From the NCBI GenBank assembly GCA_031266895.1, contig JAISAD010000162.1, forward strand, positions 1 to 42,748: a stretch of 42,748 nt of DNA, read 5' to 3'. Of this stretch, positions 8,420 to 17,441 are shown one piece after another. Origin of the DNA: Bacteroidales bacterium (GTDB taxonomy: Bacteria; Bacteroidota; Bacteroidia; Bacteroidales; WCHB1-69). The notes below the pieces were generated by a model that worked only from the letters and a program-made list of their open reading frames with translations, was not told where the DNA came from and ran no database searches. A program made the translations under genes and the position numbers. The first letter of the stretch is position 1. The number at the start of each line of letters is the position of its first letter.

Positions 8420-11400
8420 TTAATTGAGCACAATTTTTCTAATTAAAACAGCATTGCCAATGTCTATTTTAATAATGTAAACTCCTTTTACCCAATGATC
8501 TGCAAATATTGAAACTGTACTATTATTTACAGCATCTATTTGCTCTATAAGGCGGCCGGTAAGATCATAAATGGCTATATTTTTGAGTATTCCCTGCTCA
8601 TTTTCAATGGTGAAACGGTCGGAAGCAGGATTAGGATAGATGCGGATGTGGTGCGTTTCTACTTCGGTGATGCCCGAAACGGTGAGGTACAATCGCACTA
8701 TGCTGTCGCAACCGTATTGATTGGTTAAAAGGCGTTCTAACCTGTATTCTCCGGTCTCTTCCAGAATCTCTCCTGTGATCAAAAATCCTTGATAATCAAC
8801 CGTATCACCAATAGCCGCAGTATAGTGTAAATCGGTCTGATTTACAGGATTAATGGTAAGATGAAGCAGGCAAACCGTATCGCAGTGCCAGGCATTGGTT
8901 AAATATTGGGTATAAATTCCTGTAGTTTCGGCCACTTCATTGCCCCAAAGCACTGTTTCGCCTTCGCATATTGTCAAACTGCTGTCTAGGGTGATAACAG
9001 GCAGTACAGTGAGATGAAGCTGATGCACGCTGTCGCATCCCGAACAGGTATTGTGATGCACGGTGTAAACGCCTGTACTGTCGTAATGCAGCCCTTGCCA
9101 GAGCACATTTTCGATTTCGCAAATTGTGGTATCGGTTATGATTAGGTAGGTAGAATTTACCGCAGCTTCCAGGCGATAGAGGCTGTCGCAGCCGTGTATG
9201 GTAGCCAGTGAGTCCCAATAGATTCCACTTTCGGTGATTGATTGCCCTCGCCAGCTATAGGTAACGTTATCACAGAATGTGCGCTGATAATTAATAAGAT
9301 AGGAAGGATATACGGTAAATTGCAGCCGATATACACTATCGCAATTGAGCGTGGTTTGCAGCGAATCCCAATAGATACCGCTTTGAGTGAGTTGTTGGCC
9401 GTGCCATTCGTAAAAGCCCTCGTTTTCGCAAAATTCATAACTCTCTTCAAAGAGATAGGACGGTTTTACGTAAATATAAGCCTCTATACTTGTGGGACAT
9501 ATATAGGTATTATCGTGGATAAATTGCGTGAAATGGTGCTCACCGACGATTTGCATGGAGTCGGGAGGCAGGTTAAAATGGAGGCTTTGGTATCCGATAT
9601 TCGGACAAACGGTGTCGTGGACGGGTGGCGGCTGGTTGGCCATGAGGCGTGTAAAATGCAAAATTACTGTGCTGTCGCAACCTGTAGGCAATGGGTAGGT
9701 GCGAGTATAGTCGCCGCTTGCGCTGCAGGTACTGTCGCTCCAAATGTAGGGATTACAGTCTATAATGGTAAATTCATGTATTGGCGCTTCATTTTCAATA
9801 AAATGCGTAATAATAATGTGGATACTGTTCACTGCAAAAAGAGTATCTGTAAAGCTGTGACCTTCATAATAGGTAGAGTCTTGCCAGATATAACTGTCGC
9901 GTTGGCAATAGTAATGGTACGCCGTATCATATTGCATCGGCAGTACGTGCAGCCGGAGCGTTATTGTGCTATCGCAGCCGGTGGAATTGGTTAAATGCAG
10001 CGTATCCGAAATGTCGTCGGATACTTGCGATGGCACAGCAATCGCAAATCCGTGATTTTCGTAAGTGAAACCACCTCTTGCCGTGTCGTTAAAGTGGGTA
10101 ACAGGCGAGGTATAATGCAGGGTCAACTGTAAGGTTTTGGCGCTGTCGCAGCCATACTGATTTTGATAATGTTGGGTATAAGTGCCGCTTATCATGCAGT
10201 TTGTATTCTCCCAGAAATAGCTGTCACAGGCATTCACCGTAAGGGTGTCGGCATATAGCGGATGAATAATCAACTCAAGCGTTACCGTACTGTCGCACCC
10301 GTGCATGGTGTGCAGGAAAAGCGAATCGTACAGTATGCCTGCCTGTGCCGTTTCAGCGGCTGAAATAGTAAATCCATGTTGCTGATAATCGCTATTTATG
10401 CAAATATCATCGCTGAATGCAGTCGTTTTTACCGGATTGATTGTTAAATGCAAGGTGACGAGGCTATCGCAACCTCTTTTTGAAGTAAGAGGAAGCTCGA
10501 AGGTATGTGTACCGGCCATGAGGTTATCGGGCAGATTGAAACCATGTTTTACATAATGGTTGCCATGGCAAGGCTGGTCGTATAAAACCGTATGATATAC
10601 CGAATCAATAGTGAGGCATAGTGTTACGATACTGTCGCAACCGTTGATGGTCAAATTATTATGGGTTCTGGTAATCGTCCCCGACGTATTGGTTTCGGCG
10701 ACTGTGAGGGTAAAACCGTAATTATTGTAGCCTGCGCCCTGACAAACAGTATCATATTTTGTAATGGCCTGCGCTCCGGTGTAGGAGGGGAAAACAGTCA
10801 GGTCAAGTACAACCACGCTGTCGCACCCGTTAGTTGCGAGGTAAGTAATGGAATCAAGACCTGATACGGACTTTAGAAAACCATGCTGATTATAAGTTTC
10901 TCCTTCGCAAATAGAGGCGGTAATCAGGTTTACAAATTCTACTCCGGTTTCCAAACGAAGCGTAATCACACTGTCGCAGCCATGTTTGGAGGTCAATGTA
11001 TGCGTATAAATGCCTGCGGTATCTAGGGTTTGTCCGTAAAAATCGTAACTCGATGAACCGCACAATTTAAAATAGAGTGGGGCAGGATGGTATTCGGGAT
11101 GTACGAACAGGTACAGGGTAACCATGCTATCGCAACCCTGTTTTGAAGTAAGGATATGCTCATGGGTATTTAAGCCTGCCGTGTGGTTATCGGTTAAATT
11201 AAAACCATGTTTTACATAGTTGTTGCCGTAGCAGATTTGATCGTACAAATCAGTATGAAATGTTGAGTCAACAGTAAGTTGCAGTGTTACGGTACTGTCG
11301 CAGCCAAAACGGTTGGCTAAATGTAATGTACTGTTATAAGTTCCGGTATGTTGCAGTGTGGCGGCCGGAATATTGAAGCCATGTTGCCGGTAATCCGTAC

Positions 11401-13642
11401 CTTGGCATACTTTGTCTGAAATTTGGATAATATTTTGAGGCTTTACATAAAGTGAAAGATGCACCACACTGTCGCACCCGTTGGCAGTCAGCAAATTATT
11501 GAGGGTTCGGGTTATAGCGCCCGGCGTATCGGTTTCGGCAGGAGAGAGAGTGAACCCGTAGTTGTTATAATTGTCACCCTGGCAAACGGTATCATATTTT
11601 GTAATGGCCTGCGCTCCGGTGTAGGAAGGGAAAACAGTCAGGTCAAGTACAACCACGCTATCGCACCCGTTAGTTGCGAGGTAAGTAATGGAATCAAGGC
11701 CTGATACGGACTTTGAAAAACCGTGTTGATTGTAAGTTTCCCCATTGCAGATAGAAACGGTAAGCAAAGTTCTAAATTTCGGCTCTTTTTCTAAAATAAG
11801 TGTAATTATGCTATCGCAACCATGCTGCGAAGTCAGTGTGTGGGTATAAGTACCGGCGGTATCTAGAATTTGTCCGTAAAAATCGTAACCCGATGAGCCG
11901 CATAACTTAACATAGAGTGGGGCAGGATGGTATTCGGGGTGTACGAACAGGTACAGGGTAACAATGCTGTCGCAACCCTGTTTTGAAGTAAGGATATGCT
12001 CGTGTGTATTTAAGCCTGCTGTGTGGTTATCGGTTAAATTAAAACCATGTTTTACATAGTTGTTGCCGTAGCAAATTTGATCGTACAAATCGGTATGAAA
12101 TATAGAGTCAACAGTAAGTCGCAGTGTTACGGTACTGTCGCAGCCGAAGCGGTTAGCTAAATGTAATGTACTGTTATAAGTTCCGGTATGTTGCAGTGTG
12201 GCAGCCGGAACATTGAACCCGTGTTGCTGGTAAGTCGTCTCTTGGCATACTCTGTCTGAAATTTGGATAATATTTTTGGGTTTTACGTAAAGTGAAAGAT
12301 GCACCACACTGTCGCAACCGTTGACAGTCAGTAAATTATTGAGGGTTCGGGTTATAGTGCCCGGCGTATTGGTTTCGGCAGGGGAGAGCGTGAACCCGTA
12401 GTTGTTGTAATTGTCGCCCTGGCAAACGGTATCATATTTTGTAATGGCCTGCGCTCCGACGTAGAAAGGGAAAACGGTGAGATTGAGGTATATGATACTG
12501 TCGCAGCCGATATGGTTACCGCCCGTAATAGTGCGCGAATATTGTTGTGTAACAGGGTTGGGAATATTAAAACCGTAGCCGTTGTAAGGATACCCTTGAC
12601 AAAGTTGGGCGTTATGCACAGAGGAGGTGCTGTTGCCGGTAAAATGAACCGTATAGATTTTGCTGCTGCCTCCATGTGTAACGGTAATAACGGCATTCGG
12701 ATTTTGCAACGCAGGTTGCGTGATGGTTACTACGGCGTGTGGCGATACGGCAGTAGCTGCAATAACGGGCAGGTTCTCGGCTGTAAACGATTGGCAGAGC
12801 GGCACTGAATAGTTGGTGATCTGATTATTGAAAGCTGGTAAAGTAGCGCCGTTTACTTGCAAATCACTCAGTAAGCGATTATAAATCAATTCAATGTCAT
12901 CTACATAGAGAGTGTCGTAAGGTGTACCTACCCCCCACGTGGGCGAGGTGAAGAAAGTAATCAGGATGTAGGCAGGATTTTGGTTTGTCCATGAGTCATA
13001 GCTAAACGCTGCTTTATGTTGCTGCCACTGCTGCTCGCCGCGCGGCCACTCATAGAGTACGGAAGCCACTACATTAGAGGTCATTGCTGTCGGAACAGGG
13101 TCGTGTGTATTGCTGCTGTCGTGAATATAAACATGTACGGTTGCATTTTGGGTAGCGGCAGTGGTTTTATATTTTGCCCAAAAATAGATAGAATCGGGCA
13201 TAGCTGTAAACGGCTGATGAAAAGTGGAGTTTTCCGATAGCGTCCCATAATAATTATTGGGATCGGAATAGCTTGCTGATGACATGTGCACCTGTCCGGT
13301 AGTGAATAGGCCGTTAGCCACTAAATTAGGCCGATACCAGCCCAGATCCAGGCTCCATGTTTTAATACTTTTAATGCCTGTTGAACCCGGACGCACATCA
13401 GAGCAAGCCTCAAATTGTATAGGCATGGCTGACATAGCGATAGCTAACATGGATCCTTCTGGTGCAACACCTGTCTTAAAACCATTCCATCGCACAGGTT
13501 CTGTAATGGATTGATTATTATAAGTAATAGTTTCCCATGACTCAAATCCGCTATTAATAAGCTGGTAATTAATTATTTGTGCATAAATAAAAAACGGCAA
13601 ACACAGTAATAGAGTAATCAGTATTATTTTTTTGACATACAT
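8420..13642 (-). CDS. Giant (1740 aa) T9SS-sorted surface protein. Order of parts: signal peptide, PCMD-like domain, cadherin-like beta-sandwich, about 23 Cys-containing 'GCDS' repeats, T9SS C-terminal domain.
   Basis: Signal peptide MYVKKIILITLLLCLPFFIYAQ. The N-terminal 250 aa run from NSGFESW to LYVDDIELIY, the pattern of the Bacteroides PCMD domain. LSDLQVNGATLPAFNNQITNYSV resembles the cadherin-like beta-sandwich. Repeats of 50-65 aa follow with the pattern C.G..Y...GF...(20-30)...GCDS.V.L.L.V.P. The C-terminus IRIYPNPASDRFTI...VYIIKIDIGNAVLIRKIVLN is a typical Por_Secre_tail. Confidence 0.85.
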   Translation of the reverse strand: MYVKKIILITLLLCLPFFIYAQIINYQLINSGFESWETITYNNQSITEPVRWNGFKTGVAPEGSMLAIAMSAMPIQFEACSDVRPGSTGIKSIKTWSLDLGWYRPNLVANGLFTTGQVHMSSASYSDPNNYYGTLSENSTFHQPFTAMPDSIYFWAKYKTTAATQNATVHVYIHDSSNTHDPVPTAMTSNVVASVLYEWPRGEQQWQQHKAAFSYDSWTNQNPAYILITFFTSPTWGVGTPYDTLYVDDIELIYNRLLSDLQVNGATLPAFNNQITNYSVPLCQSFTAENLPVIAATAVSPHAVVTITQPALQNPNAVITVTHGGSSKIYTVHFTGNSTSSVHNAQLCQGYPYNGYGFNIPNPVTQQYSRTITGGNHIGCDSIIYLNLTVFPFYVGAQAITKYDTVCQGDNYNNYGFTLSPAETNTPGTITRTLNNLLTVNGCDSVVHLSLYVKPKNIIQISDRVCQETTYQQHGFNVPAATLQHTGTYNSTLHLANRFGCDSTVTLRLTVDSIFHTDLYDQICYGNNYVKHGFNLTDNHTAGLNTHEHILTSKQGCDSIVTLYLFVHPEYHPAPLYVKLCGSSGYDFYGQILDTAGTYTHTLTSQHGCDSIITLILEKEPKFRTLLTVSICNGETYNQHGFSKSVSGLDSITYLATNGCDSVVVLDLTVFPSYTGAQAITKYDTVCQGDNYNNYGFTLSPAETDTPGAITRTLNNLLTANGCDSVVHLSLYVKPQNIIQISDKVCQGTDYRQHGFNIPAATLQHTGTYNSTLHLANRFGCDSTVTLQLTVDSTFHTDLYDQICYGNNYVKHGFNLTDNHTAGLNTHEHILTSKQGCDSMVTLYLFVHPEYHPAPLYFKLCGSSSYDFYGQTLDTAGIYTHTLTSKHGCDSVITLRLETGVEFVNLITASICEGETYNQHGFLKSVSGLDSITYLATNGCDSVVVLDLTVFPSYTGAQAITKYDTVCQGAGYNNYGFTLTVAETNTSGTITRTHNNLTINGCDSIVTLCLTIDSVYHTVLYDQPCHGNHYVKHGFNLPDNLMAGTHTFELPLTSKRGCDSLVTLHLTINPVKTTAFSDDICINSDYQQHGFTISAAETAQAGILYDSLFLHTMHGCDSTVTLELIIHPLYADTLTVNACDSYFWENTNCMISGTYTQHYQNQYGCDSAKTLQLTLHYTSPVTHFNDTARGGFTYENHGFAIAVPSQVSDDISDTLHLTNSTGCDSTITLRLHVLPMQYDTAYHYYCQRDSYIWQDSTYYEGHSFTDTLFAVNSIHIIITHFIENEAPIHEFTIIDCNPYIWSDSTCSASGDYTRTYPLPTGCDSTVILHFTRLMANQPPPVHDTVCPNIGYQSLHFNLPPDSMQIVGEHHFTQFIHDNTYICPTSIEAYIYVKPSYLFEESYEFCENEGFYEWHGQQLTQSGIYWDSLQTTLNCDSVYRLQFTVYPSYLINYQRTFCDNVTYSWRGQSITESGIYWDSLATIHGCDSLYRLEAAVNSTYLIITDTTICEIENVLWQGLHYDSTGVYTVHHNTCSGCDSVHQLHLTVLPVITLDSSLTICEGETVLWGNEVAETTGIYTQYLTNAWHCDTVCLLHLTINPVNQTDLHYTAAIGDTVDYQGFLITGEILEETGEYRLERLLTNQYGCDSIVRLYLTVSGITEVETHHIRIYPNPASDRFTIENEQGILKNIAIYDLTGRLIEQIDAVNNSTVSIFADHWVKGVYIIKIDIGNAVLIRKIVLN
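10630..12480 (-). repeat. Intragenic tandem duplication with an 840-bp (280-aa, five GCDS modules) unit present about 2.2 times
   Basis: The string ggcctgcgctccg[ga][ct]gta recurs at 12446, 11606 and 10766, an exact 840-bp period. Copies 1 and 2 are about 90% identical at both protein and DNA level by eye. Copy 3 diverges after about 60 aa. Confidence 0.9.
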
Positions 13643-13674
13643 AATTTAACATTTAAAATACTTGTAAAGGCTTG

Positions 13675-13682
13675 CAAAAATA
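13675..13682 (-). promoter_or_regulatory. -7 promoter box (TAttTTTG, minus strand) for the giant surface-protein gene
   Basis: The plus strand reads caaaaata, 33 nt upstream of the ATG at 13642. Confidence 0.5.
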
Positions 13683-13722
13683 CAATTTTTTTCCTTGCTC
13701 CTGTATCTTCGCATTTATTTAC

Positions 13723-13730
13723 TATTTTTG
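13723..13730 (+). promoter_or_regulatory. -7 promoter box (TAttTTTG) for the 13773 gene, embedded in a 9-bp inverted repeat
   Basis: tatttttg at 13723-13730. ACTATTTTT (13721-13729) and AAAAATAGT (13737-13745) are perfect inverted repeats. Confidence 0.5.
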
Positions 13731-13772
13731 CACTCTAAAAATAGTATTGTCTATTGTTTAATTTATAAATTA

Positions 13773-16700
13773 GTGAGAAACAGTCTGTTAATTCTACTAT
13801 TGGGAGTGAGCTTTGCGAGCGGCGTCATGGCTCAGCGTGCTTCCAATTACAGGGTGGGCAGGCTGACCATAGATACGATGATACTGAAACTGGATACACT
13901 TTCCATACTGCCTGAAACCTTTTCGCTGCAGGGACTTCCCCCCGAAGCCTATCGTTTTGATCCCATTACGGCCACTCTTGCCATTGCTGATTCTGCTGCA
14001 ATAGGCAAAACCGTTACGTATAGCTATCGGGTTTTTACCCTCGATTTTTCTAAAAAGATAGCCCGTAAATCCCCTGCCATTATAATGCCGAAACACGACG
14101 GGCATCTCTCATTGCTGACGCCCATTGCAGCGCCTCAAAACCATTTTAGCCTCAATAACAGCGATTTGGAAACCACCGGATCCATATCGCGCGGCGTTTC
14201 TATCGGCAATAATCAGGATTTTGTGCTTAACTCTTCGCTCAATTTGCAAATTACCGGCAAGCTGTCGGAAGAGTGGAATGTGAGCGCCAATATTACCGAT
14301 AAGGAGGTGCCGATACAGCCGGAGGGCAACAGCCGTTCCATTAACGATTTTAACCGCATTTTTATCCAGCTGAAATATAAAAACAACCTCTTAGTTAATG
14401 CCGGCGATATTGATATTACCAGGCCCTACAGTCAGTTTCTGGTGGTGAACAGGCGCGTGCTGGGCATGGAGGTGATTGCCGACAACAGGGTAGGGGCGCA
14501 TCAGCAGCTTTACAACAGGGCGGGCGGCGGCATGGCCAAGGGAAAGTATGTAAAAAAGAGCATTGCCGCTATGGAAGGGGTGCAGGGGCCTTATAAGCTG
14601 ACGGGCGAGCAGAACGAGCTTGCTATTGTTATTATTGCCGGCAGCGAGCGGGTTTATATGGATGGGGTGCTGCTGCTGCGCGGTGAGGAGAACGATTATG
14701 TGATTGATTATAATAGCGGGGAGCTGATTTTTACGAATAAGCGCCTCATAAGCGCCGAAAAGCGGCTTGTGGTGGAGTATGAGTATAATAATCTCAATTA
14801 TGCCCACTTTACTTTGTACTCTTTTAATGAGTTTAACCACGAAAAGCGGCAGAAGCTAAAGCTGAATGTCAATTTTTTTCACGAGCAGGATATAAAGAGT
14901 CAGTCGCTGCAGCCTGAGCTGGATGAGGCTCAAAAGCTGTTTTTGTCGCAGCTGGGCAATGCCGTTACGGAGGCCGACTATCCCAATGTGAAGCCGGAGC
15001 CTTACAATGGCAATGAAATTTTATATCGAAGGCGTGATACTGTTGTAGCTGGCGAAGCTTACTCTGTGTATTGCTATGCCTCTGCTCCTTCGGATACCCT
15101 GTATCGCCTGGGTTTTACTTATAAGGGGGCACAGTTGGGCAATTATGTTATGGTGAGCAGCAGTGCTAACGGACGGGTGTTTCAATGGACTGCTCCGCGC
15201 AATGGCGTGCCGCAGGGCGATTATGAGCCGGTGATGCTGCTCAATACGCCCAAAATGCTGGAGATGGGGACTGTGGCGGCTGAGTATAATTTTTTAAAGA
15301 ACAGCGGAATAAAGGGAGAGTTTGCCTTTTCGAACTACGACGAGAATCTCTTTTCAAAGCGCGATAACGGTGATAATCTGGGGATGGCTTTTAAGGTGGA
15401 GCTGTTTCACCATAACCGGCTGCATAAGAAGGGGAAGAGGGATAGCAGCTGGCTTTTTAAAACCGGTTTGAGTTATGAGTACGAGCACGAGAATTTCTGC
15501 CCCGTGGAGAGTTACAGAAGTGTAGAGTTTGGACGGGATTACAATCTGTCGTCCGACTATTCGAGGAAGCGGGCGGCGCAGATGCTTCGCTTTAATGCCG
15601 GCTTTGTACATCCCGAAACAGGCTCTACCGAGTATAATCTCAACTGGTATAATCGGGTAGGGGATGTGCAGGCGCTTAGGAATGAGCTGGTTTCGCATAC
15701 CCGGATTAAGGGTTTTGGCATCCATACCCAGACTTCGTTTCTGCTGTCGCAGGACAGTGTGCAGGGCAGTCGCTACGTGCAGAGCTACAACACGATTTCC
15801 AAGACTTTCAGGAAGCTGGAAACAGGCGTTAAGGATAATCTGGAGTACAATGCTTTTCGTGAGGCCGCTACACAGCGCCTGCGTGCCGGCAGCTATGCCT
15901 TTAATGAGGCGCTGATCTACCTTTGCAACAGCGATTCCATGCCTTATCTGTATCATTTTTCATTTAAAAACAGGATAGATAACAGTTTATTTAACCATGT
16001 TTTAAGTGTAAATAATGTTATTTATGAGGCACAGGCCTCTTTTGAGGTGGCACGCCTGAAGCATCACAAGATAAAGGGGACGGCCATTTTTCGCAACAAT
16101 AATGTCAGGGACAGCGCACGCCGCTTTAAGGCCGAGAATAATTTTGTGGGACGGCTGGAGTATGCGGGCAATTTTCTCAAAAACAGCATTATGGTGAGTG
16201 CTCACTATGAGGCTGGCAGCGGCCTGGAGCAAAAAAAGAGCTATGCCTACCTGAAGGTGGCGGCCGGACAGGGTAATTTTACGTGGAACGATTACAACGG
16301 CAATGGCATTGAGGAGTTGAACGAATTTGAGCCGGCACAGTTTCAGGACGAGGCTAACTATATTAAGGTGTGGCTTGCCAATAATGAGTATGTGAATACC
16401 TATAATAATCAGCTGACTTTGAGCTTGCAGTTGCGGCCGGGCAATGTGTGGTATAATGCAAGGGGGTTCAGGAAGTTTATGTCCTGTTTTTCCAACAGCA
16501 CACTGCTGCGCACCGACCAGAAAAACAGCCTTAAAAACAGTGCCAATGCTTTCAATCCGTTCCATTTTAATCTTGATGATACGGCACTGGTGAGCAGCAA
16601 TGCGCATGTAAGCAACACCTTTTCATTCAACTCTCCATCGAGTTATATTGGGGCTGATTACACTTTTCAGCAAAACCGCACTAAAAGCCTGCTTTTTTAC

Positions 16701-17237
16701 GGCATTGAGAGTAATGACATGGTGCTGCACCAGTTCACCGTGCGCGGGCGTCCTCACAAGTCGCTCTCCCTCACCACCGATTTGCAGTGTGCAGACAAGC
16801 GCCTCTCGTCGGGCTATTTCAGCAATCGCAACTATCTCCTGCGCAGCTACAGCATAGATAATGCGGTGCAGTGGCAGCATGAAAATAAAATTCAGGCTGC
16901 GGTGGGCTATATTTTTAAGGATAAGCGCAACAGGGCAGGCGAGGAGTGGGGGCAGCAGCACAGCTTTACGCTCGATTTCAGCTACCGCATGGCGCAAAAG
17001 GGCGCTGTGCAGGTGCAGGCGGCCTATATCAACATTCGCTATCGCGGCGAGGCCAACAGCACGCTGGGCTATGAGATGCTGGAGGGCTTGAAGGCGGGAC
17101 ACAATATTACATGGGGCGCATCCTTTCAGACCAATATCACGGAGTATCTGCGCCTTGATCTCTCTTACGAAGGGCGCGTGTCGGAAGGGCACCGCGTAAT
17201 CCATACAGGAAACATGTCGGTGCGGGCGCATTTTTAG
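13773..17237 (+). CDS. Large (about 1155 aa) conserved Bacteroidota outer-membrane-like protein, function unknown
   Basis: The preferred start is the GTG at 13773, giving (M)RNSLLILLLGVSFASGVMAQ as a signal peptide. The track's TTG at 13695 lies upstream of the promoter box. The protein has a long beta-rich Asn/Tyr/Gly composition and ends in the aromatic residue ...MSVRAHF, as OM beta-barrels do. I recognise the motif GSISRGVSIGNNQDFVLNSSLNLQITGKL from other Bacteroidota hypothetical proteins but cannot name the family. Confidence 0.6.
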   Translation: MRNSLLILLLGVSFASGVMAQRASNYRVGRLTIDTMILKLDTLSILPETFSLQGLPPEAYRFDPITATLAIADSAAIGKTVTYSYRVFTLDFSKKIARKSPAIIMPKHDGHLSLLTPIAAPQNHFSLNNSDLETTGSISRGVSIGNNQDFVLNSSLNLQITGKLSEEWNVSANITDKEVPIQPEGNSRSINDFNRIFIQLKYKNNLLVNAGDIDITRPYSQFLVVNRRVLGMEVIADNRVGAHQQLYNRAGGGMAKGKYVKKSIAAMEGVQGPYKLTGEQNELAIVIIAGSERVYMDGVLLLRGEENDYVIDYNSGELIFTNKRLISAEKRLVVEYEYNNLNYAHFTLYSFNEFNHEKRQKLKLNVNFFHEQDIKSQSLQPELDEAQKLFLSQLGNAVTEADYPNVKPEPYNGNEILYRRRDTVVAGEAYSVYCYASAPSDTLYRLGFTYKGAQLGNYVMVSSSANGRVFQWTAPRNGVPQGDYEPVMLLNTPKMLEMGTVAAEYNFLKNSGIKGEFAFSNYDENLFSKRDNGDNLGMAFKVELFHHNRLHKKGKRDSSWLFKTGLSYEYEHENFCPVESYRSVEFGRDYNLSSDYSRKRAAQMLRFNAGFVHPETGSTEYNLNWYNRVGDVQALRNELVSHTRIKGFGIHTQTSFLLSQDSVQGSRYVQSYNTISKTFRKLETGVKDNLEYNAFREAATQRLRAGSYAFNEALIYLCNSDSMPYLYHFSFKNRIDNSLFNHVLSVNNVIYEAQASFEVARLKHHKIKGTAIFRNNNVRDSARRFKAENNFVGRLEYAGNFLKNSIMVSAHYEAGSGLEQKKSYAYLKVAAGQGNFTWNDYNGNGIEELNEFEPAQFQDEANYIKVWLANNEYVNTYNNQLTLSLQLRPGNVWYNARGFRKFMSCFSNSTLLRTDQKNSLKNSANAFNPFHFNLDDTALVSSNAHVSNTFSFNSPSSYIGADYTFQQNRTKSLLFYGIESNDMVLHQFTVRGRPHKSLSLTTDLQCADKRLSSGYFSNRNYLLRSYSIDNAVQWQHENKIQAAVGYIFKDKRNRAGEEWGQQHSFTLDFSYRMAQKGAVQVQAAYINIRYRGEANSTLGYEMLEGLKAGHNITWGASFQTNITEYLRLDLSYEGRVSEGHRVIHTGNMSVRAHF

Positions 17238-17388
17238 CTGAGCCTCCCAAGTTTTTGGCCATGGCTTCAGGAGCACGGCAAAATTGCATCAATAAGCCAA
17301 ATTTTGACAGCTTGGAAGATGAAAATTGCAAAAATTGCCATAAAAAGCTTTTTTTTTGGAATAAAATGTACTGTATTAATTTTTTTTG

Positions 17389-17396
17389 TATTTTTG
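17389..17396 (+). promoter_or_regulatory. -7 promoter box (TAttTTTG) for the first S8 protease operon; it forms the left arm of a 21-bp perfect palindrome
   Basis: tatttttgcg a cgcaaaaata spans 17389-17409, 46 nt upstream of the ATG at 17442. Confidence 0.5.
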
Positions 17397-17441
17397 CGAC
17401 GCAAAAATAATATTTGAAATAAAAATTTAAAACAGGAAAAA

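Noticed and set aside
9242-9994. A 250-aa plus-strand ORF, and several other 60-115-aa ORFs, inside the giant repeat gene.
   Set aside because: They lie antisense or out of frame to a 1740-aa ORF with signal peptide, coherent repeats and a T9SS tail. The repetitive GC-rich codons keep alternative frames open.
10630-12480. Whether the 840-bp repeats could be copies of a mobile element or IS.
   Set aside because: The repeats are in frame, head to tail, and encode the same GCDS modules as the rest of the gene. There are no terminal inverted repeats and no transposase.
13695-13772. The TTG-initiated N-terminal extension of the large OM-like protein, as given in the ORF track.
   Set aside because: The extension contains the TAttTTTG promoter box (13723-13730) and encodes no sensible signal peptide. 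The GTG at 13773 yields a standard signal peptide.
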